DNA from: Octopus bimaculoides
Taxonomy: Eukaryota
Assembly: GCF_001194135.2 (NCBI RefSeq)
Contig: NC_068982.1
Span: 25,425,597-25,489,596, forward strand
Direction: 5' to 3'
Length of the DNA stretch: 64,000 nucleotides
The notes beneath the pieces were generated by a model. It was not told the DNA's origin and made no database searches. It saw only the letters and a list, made by a program, of their open reading frames with translations. Made by a program: the position numbers and the translations under genes. Each line of letters opens with the position of its first letter. Position 1 is the first letter of the stretch. Positions 25,921 through 40,625 of this stretch are shown here, piece by piece.

Positions 25921-28900
25921 TTCTTTATAAATTTCAGGCCTTGTAGAAATAATTATTAACAAGATGAATTATGCTTGTGTATAAAGTATATTTGTTGATT
26001 TCTCTTCAACTTATTCTTTTGCTAATAAATCAAAAATTAACGACACCTTTTAGGTTCTCGAACAATTTCTATTTCAGACTTGATCTATTCACCATCACTT
26101 ATATTGATATTCCATTCGAAAATAATTAATATGCTGTTCTCATACAAATTAATTGCCTGTTACTTGGGCATTATACGTTAAGTTCATTTAGACATGGGTG
26201 TAACTTATTAGTTAGATATGTTAACATGTCTTCAGCAGCAATAGTGAATATTGAATGTGGTCCTAGTTACCTATTGTCATTGTTAATAATGATTGAGTAG
26301 GCACAAATAAATGCGTTAAAATAGTGATAATTCTGACTAATTTTGAGTGAACTATGTTGCATGCACGGTGTTCCACGGTATATACACACACACACGTACA
26401 CACGCGCACGCGCATGTGTGTCTGTGTATACGTGCGAGTGCGTACGCCTACATATAGTTATCTATAGTTATGGAACTGTATATGAAAGACGAAACCGCCT
26501 CTGCCATTTCGAAAGATACAAATCAGTTTTGACTAGTTCATAAGAACCAATATTGATTTGTGATAAAAGCACATAGATATAACTGCAGGTTTATATCGAC
26601 TGGAACAGTAAATGTATATGCAATCGATTGAATTAGTCCAAGGTATATATAACTTATCAATTCTAGGTAATAACGTGAAACTTTTCTGAAAAATTGCTCT
26701 CGGCAATGCAACGACAATCATTCATGTTTCACATTTTAGAATAACTTCCATCCTGGATCTATTCGTTGCAGGAAGATGATTGAGTGCAAAAAAAGTAGAA
26801 GATATGGCAGAAAGTGTGAATCACTCATGAAGAAGTCGCAGATTTTGTGTAAGATTACTTTAAAATTACGAGGAATAATTACAGTGTCAAAGAATTGTCA
26901 CTTCATATTCAATAACAGTGTCACATAGACATGACCATAAAATTGACGATGAGTGCATATATAATATACATATCAAGGAATTGCTTTCAGAGATGGATAT
27001 ATGCTTATATATAATGGTTAAAATGCTGAAATATTGATATAATTTTATAGATGTAGCTAGATGAAGAAGAGAGTTAAATTTGATCTTCACGCAGTGGCAC
27101 AGCAACGAAGAGACACAATTATTTTGGCGTTTGTATGTTTAGACAATAGCAGCAAATTCTTCGAAATCACACACCGCTACCATTAAATGAGTGCAGTATA
27201 TATTTGGTTTTGATCATTAGTATTCTGAATCAAGGCAATCATCTTGCTAAACAACAACAACAAAACAAAACAAAAAAACGTGAGATATGCAAGAAACAAA
27301 CGAATTATTTCTATATTCAAACGTCAAATTGCTTCAACGAGTTAATATTTCAATATATTCGTTTGGGAATAAATGCGATGTGAATTATAAACAGTTGTAA
27401 GTAGAGGATGCAGCAACAGAAATTAGGAATACAATGAAGTTCAGGCAAATAAATGAAGTTTTGCTAAATATAGTGCTGCCAAAAATAAAGAATAAAACTA
27501 ACAGAACGACGTGAATAGTGTTTAGATTAACAAAGAAATGCACTTTTTATTCTTAGGCAATGTCTTTTAAACTATTGCTTATTTATGTAATATAAAGAGA
27601 ACATGATAGCACTGGATGATTACGTTTACAATACATTACATGCTCTGCTGCAGCTGCGCAAGAACAAATTCAAAACAAATACTGAACCAACATAAAATGT
27701 CTTGATCTGCAAGAAACAGCAGCCGAATTTCCTTAAAGTTGCATTAAACTGTCTTATAGAAAATAATAAAAAGAATACATTGGATAACGTACTTAGGGGA
27801 ATGGGTATATTGAAAACAATACAAGACAAATTCTTTTATAAAGGTGTCAAGTTTGATCATAGGTCTAGGGTTTGATTTGAGGTTGCACAATAATACGCTA
27901 ATACAATCACAATTTGGTGATATATATATATATATATATACATACATACATGCAAACAAAAATACATAGGCATAAAAATATCTAGATAGCTAGATTGACT
28001 TGTGTTTAAGGTATTCAATATATGTAGTCAGTAACCGTAGAACATGGGAGACTCTGAAAAGTAATAGAATGAGTAATAAGCTCCAAACGAGAATAACGAT
28101 ATAATTGCGTGTCTGTCTGTCTGTGTGTTTGCATATGTGCGCGCGTGCGCAAGCAAGTTATAAACACCGTATTTCAGAATAATAGAAATGAAAATTCATT
28201 GAACAAATTTGAAATAACCTTTTTTATTGTCTGCAAAAATGTGAGTTTTAATTTAATCTACAGTGATAGCTTTATGAAAGTCTGATAAAACATTTTGCCA
28301 AAAATAAGCACGTCACGTTTTGCCAATTATTTGGCTGTAATGGCTTGAAAAGTCGAATAAAGAACATATTACATTTAAGTAAAGATATTTCTTGACAGCC
28401 AGGCTACTTAAATCTGACAAAATGATTGGGGATTTTTCTATTCTGTTAGATTTTTTGTTGTTGTTTTTTTTAACATTTTTTCCTAATATAAAAAGAAAAC
28501 ATACTTAAGTTTTATCTAAAATAATACTTCTTAAATGAACTTATTAAGTTGAAGTTCTCTTTTTATTTCATGCCTTAAGATGTTTTTTAAATCCTAAAAT
28601 TAATACTATTCAATGTGACATTTGGCACTATTTCTGATAAATCCACTTGCAAATTAAAATACATTTTGGTTGAAAAATAAGATTAAACCCACTCCACGGC
28701 AACATTTTTGTTTAGATAAATAATAGCATATTTTATACGCAAAAAAAAAAAACAAACTGAAAATCTGATTTATTCAATGCAGTGATTAAGATATGGTATT
28801 TAACAAATGTTTGAGAGAAAAAGGTCGCCAACAATCATCATTTATCAGGCTAAGATATGTTGATATGTTTTCTAAAGAAATGTAGTTTTGTGTTTTCTGA

Positions 28901-29089
28901 TTCATTATAATTCTTTTTTAATTATTGGCTTTAAACTTTGCCACGAGGCCAGTAAAATGGTAGCTTCTCGAGTCTGAGAATGACAGTTCTGCAATTTCTT
29001 GCTAAACAAGCTGAACTAATGATTTGTTTGTAGTGATCAAATATTCGTGCTCCACATTAGCTCGCTTTTTCTATCAAATAGACATTATT

Positions 29090-29240
29090 TGTACAGGTGT
29101 ACGGTGTGCCACATATCAGGTGTCGAAGTGATCGCAGAGCAACGCGAGATGAAGTGGCTTGCTCAAAAACACATTGCACCACCAGGTTTGGAATTCGAAC
29201 TCATGATGATGAAGGCAATTCCCTTAACCCGTAGGCCCCA
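29090..29240 (-). mobile_element. SINE-like fragment
   Basis: Similar to 7655-7690. The minus strand contains gagttcgaattcc (B-box-like). Confidence 0.5.
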
Positions 29241-31389
29241 CACCCTCACATTCTTTTCTAATTATTAAGACACAAAATTTATATTTGATTGCGACTATAT
29301 TTTTGGAATAGTTTGTTCATACAGAGAATACTGGTGAGGTCATCTCGTTAAGAAATTCGCATCGATATCAGTATATCTCATTTGTCACTATAACATCTGG
29401 TAGAATTAAGTCTGAAACTGGGTAAAGAGAAATAATGTGAGTCCAATATGTACTGCACATGTATTTTAGAGAGCTTGCCTTGCCACATAATGCGCAACGC
29501 TGTCTCTATGTGTAGATTAAGCTAGGGTACAAATGTATATGGAAATCTCAAAACGAACTACTGGAATACTCACCATCGCGGATGTATTCACATCTGACTG
29601 AGGTTTATTTATTCATGAAGACTGGTGATGATGAGAACATTAGAAGTCAGATACACTCATGCAAAGCGAGTAACAAAATTATAACAGGAACATTGAGAGG
29701 TGCTGTAACTCTCTCCATCTCTCCCTCTTTCTGTACCACTTTCTCTCTCCTACAATCTTTGTGTACACCCGCTTATATACATCCTTACGCACACACACAT
29801 ATGCATATATATGTGCACACACACACACACACATATAAACAAATATAGAACTTCTTGCTATTTCAGTTGATCCCACTATTACAGCATCTATCTGAATTTG
29901 GGAGAGCAAACTACTCGCTTTAGTCAATGATTGATAAGAAGTGTGCGGTAAAATTAGAGTTCGTACTAGTTGTGTTTAGCTGTGATATTATTACTTTAAT
30001 AAATATTCATGTAAAGACTGATTTAAAGGTTAATGACTTTCCTCGTTTTGCTTGGCTAGCATCTATTTCAGCGTTTTGTCGGACTAACAGTCAAACTAGT
30101 GACGACTGTGACAATGGTGATAATGATTTATAAAATAGAAGGAACGAACGCCTCACAATTTGGCGGAGTATGTAGACGATTATATCAATCCCAGCACTTT
30201 ATAATTCTATGAAGAATAATGCGAAAATTACTCTCGGTAGACTTTTAAATTGAAACACGTGTGTGGTGATGTAAATGCTACATGTCAATTAATTCGGCGT
30301 CCTAACCATTTTGGTAATAAAATACGAAATATATGCGTATAAAATGACACTTTATTTTTATATGTGTATGAATGGAAGGTTTTCTGTTTCAGATAAACAG
30401 CATTTAGCTATTAATGATCGTGTTTTATATCTACAAATGTTGTCTAAGTTAACTGCACTTAGTAGAATCTAATAATATGTCCTACTGAACATCTGTCAGA
30501 GTAATAATTAATCAATTTAAATGCAATATAGTCGGGTCTGTCCTAAATTGTTCCAGTCATAGATTCTGCTATGTTTTGCAAATGAAAATATCTAGGTAAT
30601 CTTAAAAGGGATTTACATATCCTTGTACAGAATGCCGTCATATAAATAAGATGCTATTCCGCTTCCTGTTAGAAACTTGAATAGAATATATGCAGAATTA
30701 TTATGCATGAAGACGTCTGGTCGATGTTTACGGTCCATAAACCAACAACAGTTTAAAGTTGCGGTTTTAACGGGCACCCATTTCCAAAAGCACCAGCCTG
30801 TCGTTCGATTCTGTGAGATCCTAATTCACTTATGTACGAAACCTGTGTAAAGTAAACCGATTCTATCCGATTGGCATTATATAAGATCNNNNNNNNNNNN
30901 NNNNNNNNNNNNNNNNNNNNNNNNNNNNNNNNNNNNNNNNNNNNNNNATATATATATATATATATATATACATACATACATACATATCTATATATAATCA
31001 TGTATGTATGTGTGTATGTATTGTTTTCATGATGACAGACTATGTCCCTTTTAGATAAGAATGTAATGTTTACATAACAATTGCTCTGTGGTTGTTGTAG
31101 TTCAGAACAACTTAAAAATAAACCGATCAATAGCAACATTAAGTTAGTGTTTACTCATCATAGAAAAAAGCAGACAGCATCCTTCTTGAAAAAGAGTATG
31201 ATTGTACAAATGGCTTAATGATGAATTTGGTTGCTTAGAGACTTAGAGGTTGCATTTTGAGAATCCTTGAAAGCTGATAAAATATACAGACAGATTATAT
31301 ATCATTACGTAGATAGAATTGTCTATTCTCTTTAGAATCTTTGTAAATTTGACTATATGACAAATTCATATATATAGATACATATGTGC

Positions 31390-31422
<33 letters not shown>

Positions 31423-33539
31423 TTGCAGCAATTAAATATGAGTGGCTGGAGTAGTTCTTTGTTGATTCTTTCAAGAGTGTACACAAGCAGACGAACCCCC
31501 AGAACTTGATATTGTTCTGTTATATATTTTAACACTACACTAACTATTTGTCGAACTAACGGTTTATTAGACATAAACAAACACCAACATAGTGAGAGAG
31601 AAAAGAAAATTTCGTGACCACGGAAAGAAATTCATAAATACACATCCAAAACTGTACCTATATATTTGTGTGTGCGCGTACATGCGGAAAAAATGTGCTC
31701 AACAGGTTGTTAACTATTCGTCTCAATTGATATGTGTACGTGTGAGTGTGCGTGCATGTGAATGTGTTGCTTCGTTGAAGGTGATTTTAACAGATATAGA
31801 GTACTTAACAACCAACGACACAGTTTTGTTCCTTCGTTTTCCAATTGCCTCAATGAGATAGTCGTCACTGGTCGCAGGCCATTTAAGATTTCTACTGTTT
31901 TTCGAATGTAATGGTAAACAGGTTTTTAGCAGAACCACCCAAGATTCTATCTCAGTTGTAGTTATGGTTTAGACACAGCTCAACTCTAATGAAACACATT
32001 TGTGATCTCAAGTATTTGAGAGATAACGATCCTTATCTTATATTAGATGTAGTGGATTGGATATAGGATTTTCTGATGTATCCCATTCTAGGAAAAATGA
32101 GGAACTTCTTCTATAAGATTTAGTGACCACAAAGTATCCCCTTTGTTGTCGAGTCCGTTCCTAGCTGGGAGATTCAGTGATTTTTTTTTCTGTGGTTCTT
32201 TAGCTCAAAATCAATAAAATATGTGACTGACATTCCAGCCGTAACCATCCAGACGTTTATTCTGACAAAATATTTAGTACCACATTATCTATAGTGTATG
32301 TTAAGAAAGGTGAGATTTGAATGCAATTTGACTACAGTTTCTATCATGACAAACTATCATATAGAGAATCTCCTATTTGGTTTTTTGATGAATACTTGAT
32401 CAGTGTGTGACATCTTATTAAGGATTACTTCCACAGCTCTGCTAAATTTCATGATTTAGTACATCTTAGATTCTTTATTGTATATGTCTTAAAAGAGTGC
32501 TCGTATTAAGAAGGAATATATTTTCATTGTCAGTCTTTGAAGCAAAAATGAGCGTCTGACGGTTGTGTTAATTAAATATAGTCAGCAGGTAAGTTATATC
32601 AGCTATTTCGATGACATTTAAGACTATAGTAACATTTAAATCTCAAACGCTTAGTGTTTAGATGTACTATGATGATAAAATGGCAAATTTTTATCACTTG
32701 AAATGGAGAGATCTTGTTCCTGAAGGTATTTCTGAAGGTGTCTTTTAATTGCATTCTTGAGATACACAACTCAATAAATATTTTCTTTTGTAAAGAGAAT
32801 ATATGTGTAGTGCTTAGTTCTACTAGTCTTTCTATGCAATATATACAAGCTGTACGAATTTGAGTATACAAAATGTGCCTGCCTCCTTTTAAATCATTCC
32901 CGAACAATTCATTTTTAGAGGGAGGTTTATTGACCTCAATAACCACTTGTGATTTCGTCATCTCTATCTCCGAATGTTTATATTTGGATAATCTTTGATT
33001 TTTCAACAAATAAGTACTTCATTACCTGGTTAACTTCTATAACAATATCCAGTCGAGTTGACGTGCTGGTTTCTAGTGTAATTTTTCACCGTCTCTTTCT
33101 AGCAGAGACGCCCGCAATGTTTTATAAAACCTTCCAACAAGCATTTATTCATTCTCCTAATATCTGTGTGTCTCTGATTCGTGTGTCTCCATGGAATGGT
33201 GACTACCGTGTTCGTAATAAATCCAACTATCACACGAAGTTATCGGGAAGATGAACCCCGCCATGTTTTGCAAGGATGGACGCGTAGTTTTCTATTGCAT
33301 AAATGCTATGGTGAAGGAATATGCATGTTGGAAACTGTTGAGAGGTTGAGAATATAGAGTGCGCTCCCTGAATAATCCATCATCAATTTGTTTTAATACC
33401 TCTGAATAAACCCTCATCAATTTGTTTTAATGCCTCTTTAAAATATTCAGTGGCTAGGAGTATAGGAGTATGGTTGCTGCCATCTGTTCACTGTCATGAA
33501 GAGAGGCCACATCGATGCACACTACATAGATTCACAGTA

Positions 33540-33650
33540 AATACAGTATATTTCTGTAGGCTGTTCGAAAGGAGTATGAAGAGAAACTTACCTCTGTGTC
33601 AATGTAAAACGGGGTTATGTAAAGAATGCCACAATTTGCTCTATGTGAAT
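33540..33650 (+). pseudogene. Possible piggyBac C-terminal Cys-rich domain remnant
   Basis: Across a frameshift: (S)VGCSKGV*RETYLC..CKTGLCKECH, resembling the CxxC...ET.Y.CxxC...LCxxC pattern. Confidence 0.3.
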
Positions 33651-34024
33651 GGCTTTCATTTTTGCACGTGCTAGCGTCATGTAAATTTGGTATGACATAA
33701 GTGAAAGTGACAAAAGAGACGACAAGTAGTTAAAATCTACTCAAAGACTGCGGTCGGACAACTGAAAATTTCAAGAGTAACTGGTGTTTAGGTTTCTAGT
33801 GTTGCTTTCAAGATGTTACTACCTAACGTGTAGCGAGTATTTCTATCTATTTTGCGTCTACATTTATCACATGTCTCTTTTAAATTTTGTTCAAATTTCG
33901 TACCCTCACCGTCTTAACTATATGTGTATCTCAATATGCGACACTCTAATCATTTTCTATAAAATATTTTGGAATTGTGACTGAGGGAACTATGAGTAAT
34001 TTATAAAGTATTCATAATCGTTAC

Positions 34025-34196
34025 CTTCTTCTTCTTCTTCTTCTTCTTCTTCTTCTTCTTCTTCTTCTTCTTCTTCTTCTTCTTCTTCTTCTTCTTCTTC
34101 TTCTTCTTCTTCTTCTTCTTCTTCTTCTTCTTCTTCTTCTTCTTCTTCTTCTTCTTCTTCTTCTTCTTCTTCTTCTTCTTCTTCTTCTTCTTCTTC
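34025..34196. repeat. (CTT)n microsatellite
   Basis: Directly visible. Confidence 0.95.
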
Positions 34197-34213
34197 GTCT
34201 TATTATTATTATT

Positions 34214-34505
34214 GATCAGTAGTTTTGTTTTTATAACGTGCTTTCACTTCACTACCGAGCGCAGCTCTGTGCGCCTTGGGTATGTGCTGTGGTTTGCTGT
34301 GGTGTTCTTATGGTTACTGTATTGAAAGTGTTTTGCGTAGGATGTGTGCAGTGCCCAGTAGTGCAATTTTCTGTATGTTATATATATTTCTATTTTAGAT
34401 AGTTCGTTTAGTGTCCAGTTAAGGATGTTGTAGCTGTAGCTTATAACTGGGACAGCTAAAGTGTTGATACCCATTATCTTGTTTTTAGCATTGAGCTCTG
34501 TTTTT
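34214..34505 (-). mobile_element. Internally deleted R4/Dong-like element flanked by (AAT)n on both sides
   Basis: Translates KTELNAKNKIMGINTLAVPVISYSYNILNWTLNELSKI (post-RT thumb region), joined directly to IYNIQKIALLGTAHILRKTLSIQ* (C-terminus; stop at 34314-34316). The 3' UTR then ends CTACTGATC(AAT)n. Confidence 0.85.
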
Positions 34506-37329
34506 ATTATTATTATTATTATTATAATTATTATTATTATTATTATTATTATTATTGTTATTAATATTAATATCATATAGACAGCGAGTTCTCAGAGTTC
34601 TTAGAGCGTCAGAAGAAATACTTTGCGTTGTAGCTTCGAGTTCTTTAAATTCTGAGTCCAAATCTCCGCGCAGACGTCATATTTGCCTTTCATCCATTCA
34701 GGGACGATAAAGTAATGTGCGATTGATAACGTAGCTGTTAGGGAGTCGCAGAAAATACTTTACAGTACCTGATCCAGTTTCTTTATGTTCTAGATTCGAT
34801 TTGGATTCCGCTAATGTCAGCTTTGTCTTTCGTCTTCCCATGGGGAAAAAACAGTTGATGTAATATCCGGAGCCACAGTTTATATTCTTATGAGTCATGC
34901 ATGTGATAATGTGCTCAACATCACCTTGACACCTACAATTGGAGAGAAGGTATGGTGTATGCAGTGACTCAATCATTAACGTTCTGGTTTATGAAATTAT
35001 CAATCATGATGCGGATATACACAATGAAGGTGACAACGGTGATGAAGATTGTGATGTAGATGATAATGTTTTTTTTATGGAGGTGGATTGTGATGAGACG
35101 GCTTCATGAAAAGTGGCGGTGGAGGTGGAGGAGATGGTGTAAAAAGTAGGAAGGGCGGTAGGGTTGGTATATTGCTTTTGAAAAAGAAGGAAAGGAAAGC
35201 GAAAATCTCCAATATAAGCAAGCAACGGATATAACCGTTATTTCCAACATAGGCGCATTATCACATATTTCTAAAATCGACCCACTCACTTCATCATAGA
35301 AAAAAATGGATAGCCATTTACGTGAGTCTGTGTAAGTATATGAAAAAAAGGAAACGAGACAAAAAAAGTGCTTCATAAAATAGAATCAATTCTGGTGAGA
35401 TAGGACGTAGAATATAACTAGAAACAGCCATGCATTATTATTCGGGGCTCTACTGATTCGGAAAAATTATGAAAATTTCCTCTGTATCGATACGCTCCTC
35501 CTCCCCCACACACAAAGTCACACAAATATTATACATACCTACACTCAAAGACAAATACACCCATATGTATATATATATATACATACGTACACACATATAT
35601 ATATATATTATATATATATATTATATATATATATTATATATATACGTATATCAATATATACATTTGTGCGTGTGTGAGTGTGTATGTTTCTGTTTGTGTG
35701 TGTGTATGTGTGTATATGTGTGTGCATTTGTGTGTGTGTATTAGAGAAAAAGATGAACAAACGGAGAAATGGGCAATACTAATAGCTATGTTCAATTGAA
35801 AACAATGAGTTTAAAATGCACTCTATTTAAAACTAGTCGCTGATTTCACAGTTTCTTGCATTGTCTGCAAGATAGTCATAAATATCGACATGGTGTAATT
35901 GAATTTTTTTTTTTTCTGAAAGACTTGGCATTTCTTAATAAAATTTAATTAAGTTCTCTCTGTTCGTAATATATATTTATATCTGTGCCAATTGTGGACT
36001 TCAAGCTACACTGATTATCCAAGCAATTATTTCAATAAGCCATCAAATTCATTTAAGTATATGGAAAACGACTAATTTAGAAAATGTTTCAATTTGAAAT
36101 TTTATTTTATTCACCTTGATTTGTTAAACGATTGATAAGTTGGTATAGATTTAAATCCAATTCTACTCTTCTACTAGTTTTACTCATTGGACTGAAACGA
36201 TGCTGGGCCACAGCCTTCGACAAGTTTTGTCAGTCACGACATTTAATATTTCATTCTTGAAAGTATTTTATCAAATCGATAAATTTCACATTGTAGTTAG
36301 CTTGTTGGGCAGCAGATCTGTAACTGTATTTGGTTGCTTTTGTCTTTATTTAGATATTAATGGCATATTTACTCTCCTTATCACAAGGACACAAATTATT
36401 GTTCTATTGACATAGTTTGACACTGAACAAGCAGAAATATGCTCAAACATTTTATAGTTTTGACGATGTTGTCTGTTTATTTTAACCAATATACTTTCTT
36501 TAACAAAGAAATGTCTTGAGCCTGTGTTAATTATTCGACCATATATGGAGCACAGTTCACGCTGGTTGTAATTTGTTTGTGCAAGTTGATTCGTTAAGCT
36601 GAAACTTCTTTTAAACCATTACAGTCAGTTCAAATGACAAATATACACACATCGTACTTACATCAGCTGTTACTTAAAACAGCTTGGATCTTAAACAAAG
36701 GCACTTTCTTGCAAGTCTGCAAGTCTTCAGCTCTTGTATGAAAGCATTACATCTAATGTTCATTTGCTCGTTGGGATTCACCAAAATATTAAATCAATAA
36801 ATTAAATTATTTAGTCAGGTATATAGATTATNNNNNNNNNNNNNNNNNNNNNNNNNNNNNNNNNNNNNNNNNNNNNNNNNNNNNNNNNNNNNNNNNNNNN
36901 NTATACCACCATCTCTTTTTCAGTAATATAAATATAATTTTGTTAGCATATTCAATGAAGTAGTTATTAGTTTATTTATCTATTTAGAATGCAAATATTT
37001 CTGATAGGATATTATTTCTATAGTGTTAGATCACATTTACTGTAGGCAAATATTAGATATAGCTGACACGGAAGCTAAAAGCTTCTATTTTGTCATTGAA
37101 TATTACGATTATGTTCGCCTCCTTAGGGAAAAGAACATATAAGATCCTGTTATGCAGTTTGCATTAGCTTTATGGAAGAGGAAGATACACGTCCTTGACC
37201 GAAAACCATAAGCGATTAGGAAATGTTTTTCAATCAGAAAAATAAAACAGCAAATAAAGATCGACATACAGGAAATTTCAATGATTTAACATTTTATGGA
37301 ATCATAACTTTAGAACATTGAATGTTTTG

Positions 37330-38760
37330 CTAAATTTTGCTACGATTACGATTCGCCTTAAACAAGGAATTGTGAAGAAAGATATTGGTGAGAAGAAGAA
37401 CCTAACGTGGATTACCTCTCTACAGGCACATTTACGTAGACTCAGGAAAAATATGGGACAGTTAGATAATACCAGTAAATGCAAAGTGAATATATTTATA
37501 AATCAGCTTCAATTTTATTATAGATTATTTAAGGTAAAATAAACTTAAGGCCAAGCTAATCGCCCGTAAGTAAGAAGTTCGAGTGGTAACTGAACTATTT
37601 TGTCATGAAAATCAATTACTAGAACGAAAATCCGCCAATCGCAATTTTGCTAGAAGCTCACAAGTAATGTATCCCAATTTGAATGGTCATACCATCAAAT
37701 ATGCGAAAACCTCAGTCCGAAATGACACAAAGTAAATTTCCAATAAAAATAGTCAACACAACCGTGACACACATTGGTTAAATGAGCAACTGAATGCGTC
37801 CTGTACATACGCCTCTCCCAGAACTTATACCAACAGTGAAGCTCTCTTAACAATTGTTACAAAACTGCCAAACGGGATAATTTGGGGGTGCTGATTGTAG
37901 GATTGTAGGTATACATTCTACAGGCCAGCCTTAGTTACTGTTCAAAAATAATGAATACTGAGATTAATATGCTAGACTAGCTGCAGTCGCACGAACCAAA
38001 ACGGGGAGCCAAATGTCAAGAGATGCCGGTGACCAAACATTACACGCCTGAATGCAATATATAAACCATGCACAGCCTGCTTAAATGCATTCCTCTAGGA
38101 TCAATACTCGATTCATTAAGCAGGCAGGTGAAAAGAAAGTTAGAAGTTACGGTTATACTCAGTCATGGATAATAGAGTAACTATGCCTTGCTAAGTGTCC
38201 AACTGCTACAGTTGATACTATTAAGAGCTCGAAAACAAACTGGTTTGCAGAGCTACCGTCAAGAACTGAGGCTGCCACTACAGGCTATCAGCAGGAATAT
38301 TTCAGCGTGGATTTTCCTTCAAATAATAAACTCCAGGCCATCCCTCAAGGAAATACAAAGGTTAAATTATTGACTCTGAAAGTGAGAGAAAGGTCAAGCT
38401 TACCACAATCATTTCGTTGATGCCCTTACTTTGTATTCGGCTAATATTTATGGCACCAAAAGACAGATCTTGTCTCCAAATTTTCACTGAAAATAAGACT
38501 GGAGTTTAATCGGAACAAATGTTCATATTTGGTTGCGAAGAAAGGAAAAACGTTGACTAGGCAAGGGATCAATGACCTGTCTATCTCCAGCGTCACCAGT
38601 GCTGAATGTTGTAAATAATTTAGAATTGACGAGAATATTATATGTTGAAGCTGTGAGCACAGCCAGAGTGACAACAGAATACTTCAGCAGATTTCGAAAG
38701 ATATAGAATTCAGATCTGTTAGCATTCAATATGAGTATATCCCCAATGCTTACGCATTTC
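37330..38760 (+). mobile_element. Decayed RT region of an RLE-type (R4/Dong-like) LINE
   Basis: Fragments read KLQAIPQG (RT motif QG), HNHFVDALTLYSAN (decayed FVDD motif) and RLEFNRNKCSYLVAKKGK...RVTTEYFSRFRKI*NS. The portion upstream of about 38100 is less certain. Confidence 0.7.
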
Positions 38761-40299
38761 CAGTGCTAGAAACAACAATATTAGTGAGTCTTATTGTCTA
38801 TATGGTTGTTCTAAGTAGAAAAAGCAATAGATATTCTGAAATAATTCTCCTCGCTCTGCTATTTAGAAGTAGAAGGCAACTTTCAAAGCAAAGTAGGAAA
38901 CTTTATATACGATCTTCTCAAGTTAATCAAAAATAAACTCGTGCGAATAAGTATAAAAATCAAATAAATTCCTCAATAACTAACCGTTTAATTTACTTTA
39001 AGTATAATATTACGAATATGAAAGCCCCCCCCCCCTTTGTTTTGATGTAAGCTACGCCTAATTCAGTGTATCGACTTTTTTTAGAAATCTGATTAGTTTC
39101 ATCCTCTGAAATAGCAAATAACATTTAGATTTAATTGAAACTGTCTGTCGGTTTGTCAATGCAAATTAGTGGTCAATTATAGTCTTCGGAAATATTTGCT
39201 TTTGCTTTACATGAATCGAGTATATTCTATACGTTTTGGGCCGGTTATTTATGTTGGTACAGAATTAAGTTGTCTGACAAGTTTTAAAAGGAAGTTTAAA
39301 AATAACTTCCAAAGGTGGAGAGCCGATTAAATGAAATTTGGCTCAGTTACCTACAAGGCTTACTTCCTGAAAACCGTCCTGTCAAATAGAGTTGGCAGCC
39401 ATTATTAACCCAATGGTAAAATAAGATGCAATAGAAACAAAACGAAAATAAATACAATGATAATATGAGTATATAAGCCAAAACAAGTAGGAATTTGGTC
39501 TAAAGCCAACCGTACGGAATTTAAACAGTGACCTACAAAATAATATTCCATGGAAAGCACGTCTAATAGTCCCCAGAAAGAAGCAATTATAGATTATATG
39601 AAGTTTTGTTTATATACTATCTTTTTAAACAAGTTATTCAATTGTTTGCTGGTTAAATATATTCTATGGATTATTTCCTACTCTTTTATAAATATGCAGA
39701 CCACGTCTTTAGAAATATACGAGGTTGAATGTATAGATATTATTTCTAGAGGCCATAAAATATTTAAATTTGTAACGTACAACTAAACTCAATACTTTTT
39801 GTAATTTGTTTTACTGGTGAAACAGAGAGAAAGTCTGAAGGGCTTTGTTAGAATGATATAAATTAACGTAAAATTCTTACAATTCCCCTCGGTAACTTCC
39901 TTGACATACACGTGCAGACACACACTGATATATATAAGCAGACTAATATACACATATACACACGCATAAGTGTATTTTTATGTACATGCGTGTGTTTCTG
40001 CGTGTGTATGTCTGCGTATTACTAGGAGGAAGGGACAGTGCCCATATCTTTTACAGCGTTGTATAGAACAGTGACTTTCATGCAATGAAGTTTGGATTTG
40101 AAACAGTATAAGTCAAAATCTGTGGAAAAGATGTTAGCGGGTAGGAAATCTCAGAATGTCAATGTTCTGGGATGGAATATTTTGGTGTTGTGATTAGTGC
40201 AGATCATGAAAAGGGCCACAAGACTGTTAAAAGAATGGGAGACTGATATAGTATGACTGAGAGGAACCTAGGTCTTTATAGTCGCACTACATAAAGCTG

Positions 40300-40421
40300 A
40301 AAGAGAGAGAAAGAGATAGAGAGAGGAAGAGAGAGAAAGAGATAGAGAGAGGAAGAGAGAGATAGAGATAGAGAGAGGAAGAGAGAGAAAGAGATAGAGA
40401 GAGGAAGAGAGAGAAAGAGAT
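40300..40421. repeat. 26-bp purine tandem repeat (about 4.5 copies)
   Basis: Unit aagagagagaaagagatagagagagg. Confidence 0.85.
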
Positions 40422-40434
40422 ATTTTTCACTTCC

Positions 40435-40625
40435 ACAGATGGCATAGTTGTGTGGTAAGAAGTTTGCTTTCCAACATTTTTTCATTTTCAAATCCATTGC
40501 GAGATACTGTAGATAGAGTCTTCTCCTATAGCTCCGAGCTGACCAAAGACTTGTAAATGGGTTTGGTAGACAGAAAGTAAAAGAAGCCCATCATATACGT
40601 GTACATATATATATATATGTGTATG
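40435..40625 (+). mobile_element. tRNA-derived SINE family B (5' half)
   Basis: tgtgtggtaag...tatagctccgagctgaccaaagacttgt...gaagcccatc matches 45640-45800 and the reverse complement of 60610-60774. Confidence 0.7.

Noticed and set aside
27626-27829. Minus-strand ORF resembling GPCR TM7/helix 8 (SNVFFLLFSIRQFNATLRKFGCC)
   Set aside because: There is no NPxxY-like motif, an in-frame stop lies just upstream, and no other TM segments are nearby. Hydrophobic ORFs arise easily in AT-rich DNA.
32599-33009. 136-aa minus-strand ORF without low complexity
   Set aside because: I recognise no domain or splice context, and the composition is compatible with a chance ORF in AT-rich DNA.
34820-34955. Open frame ending at a GT donor-like site (…SHGEKTVDVISGATVYILMSHACDNVLNITLTPTIGEK|gtatgg)
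   Set aside because: The acceptor is weak, I recognise no protein family, and it is adjacent to a SINE fragment. It cannot be supported without transcripts.
40300-40421. Regularly spaced 26-bp repeats considered as a CRISPR-like array
   Set aside because: The units are directly tandem with no spacers and are low-complexity purine sequence in a eukaryotic context.
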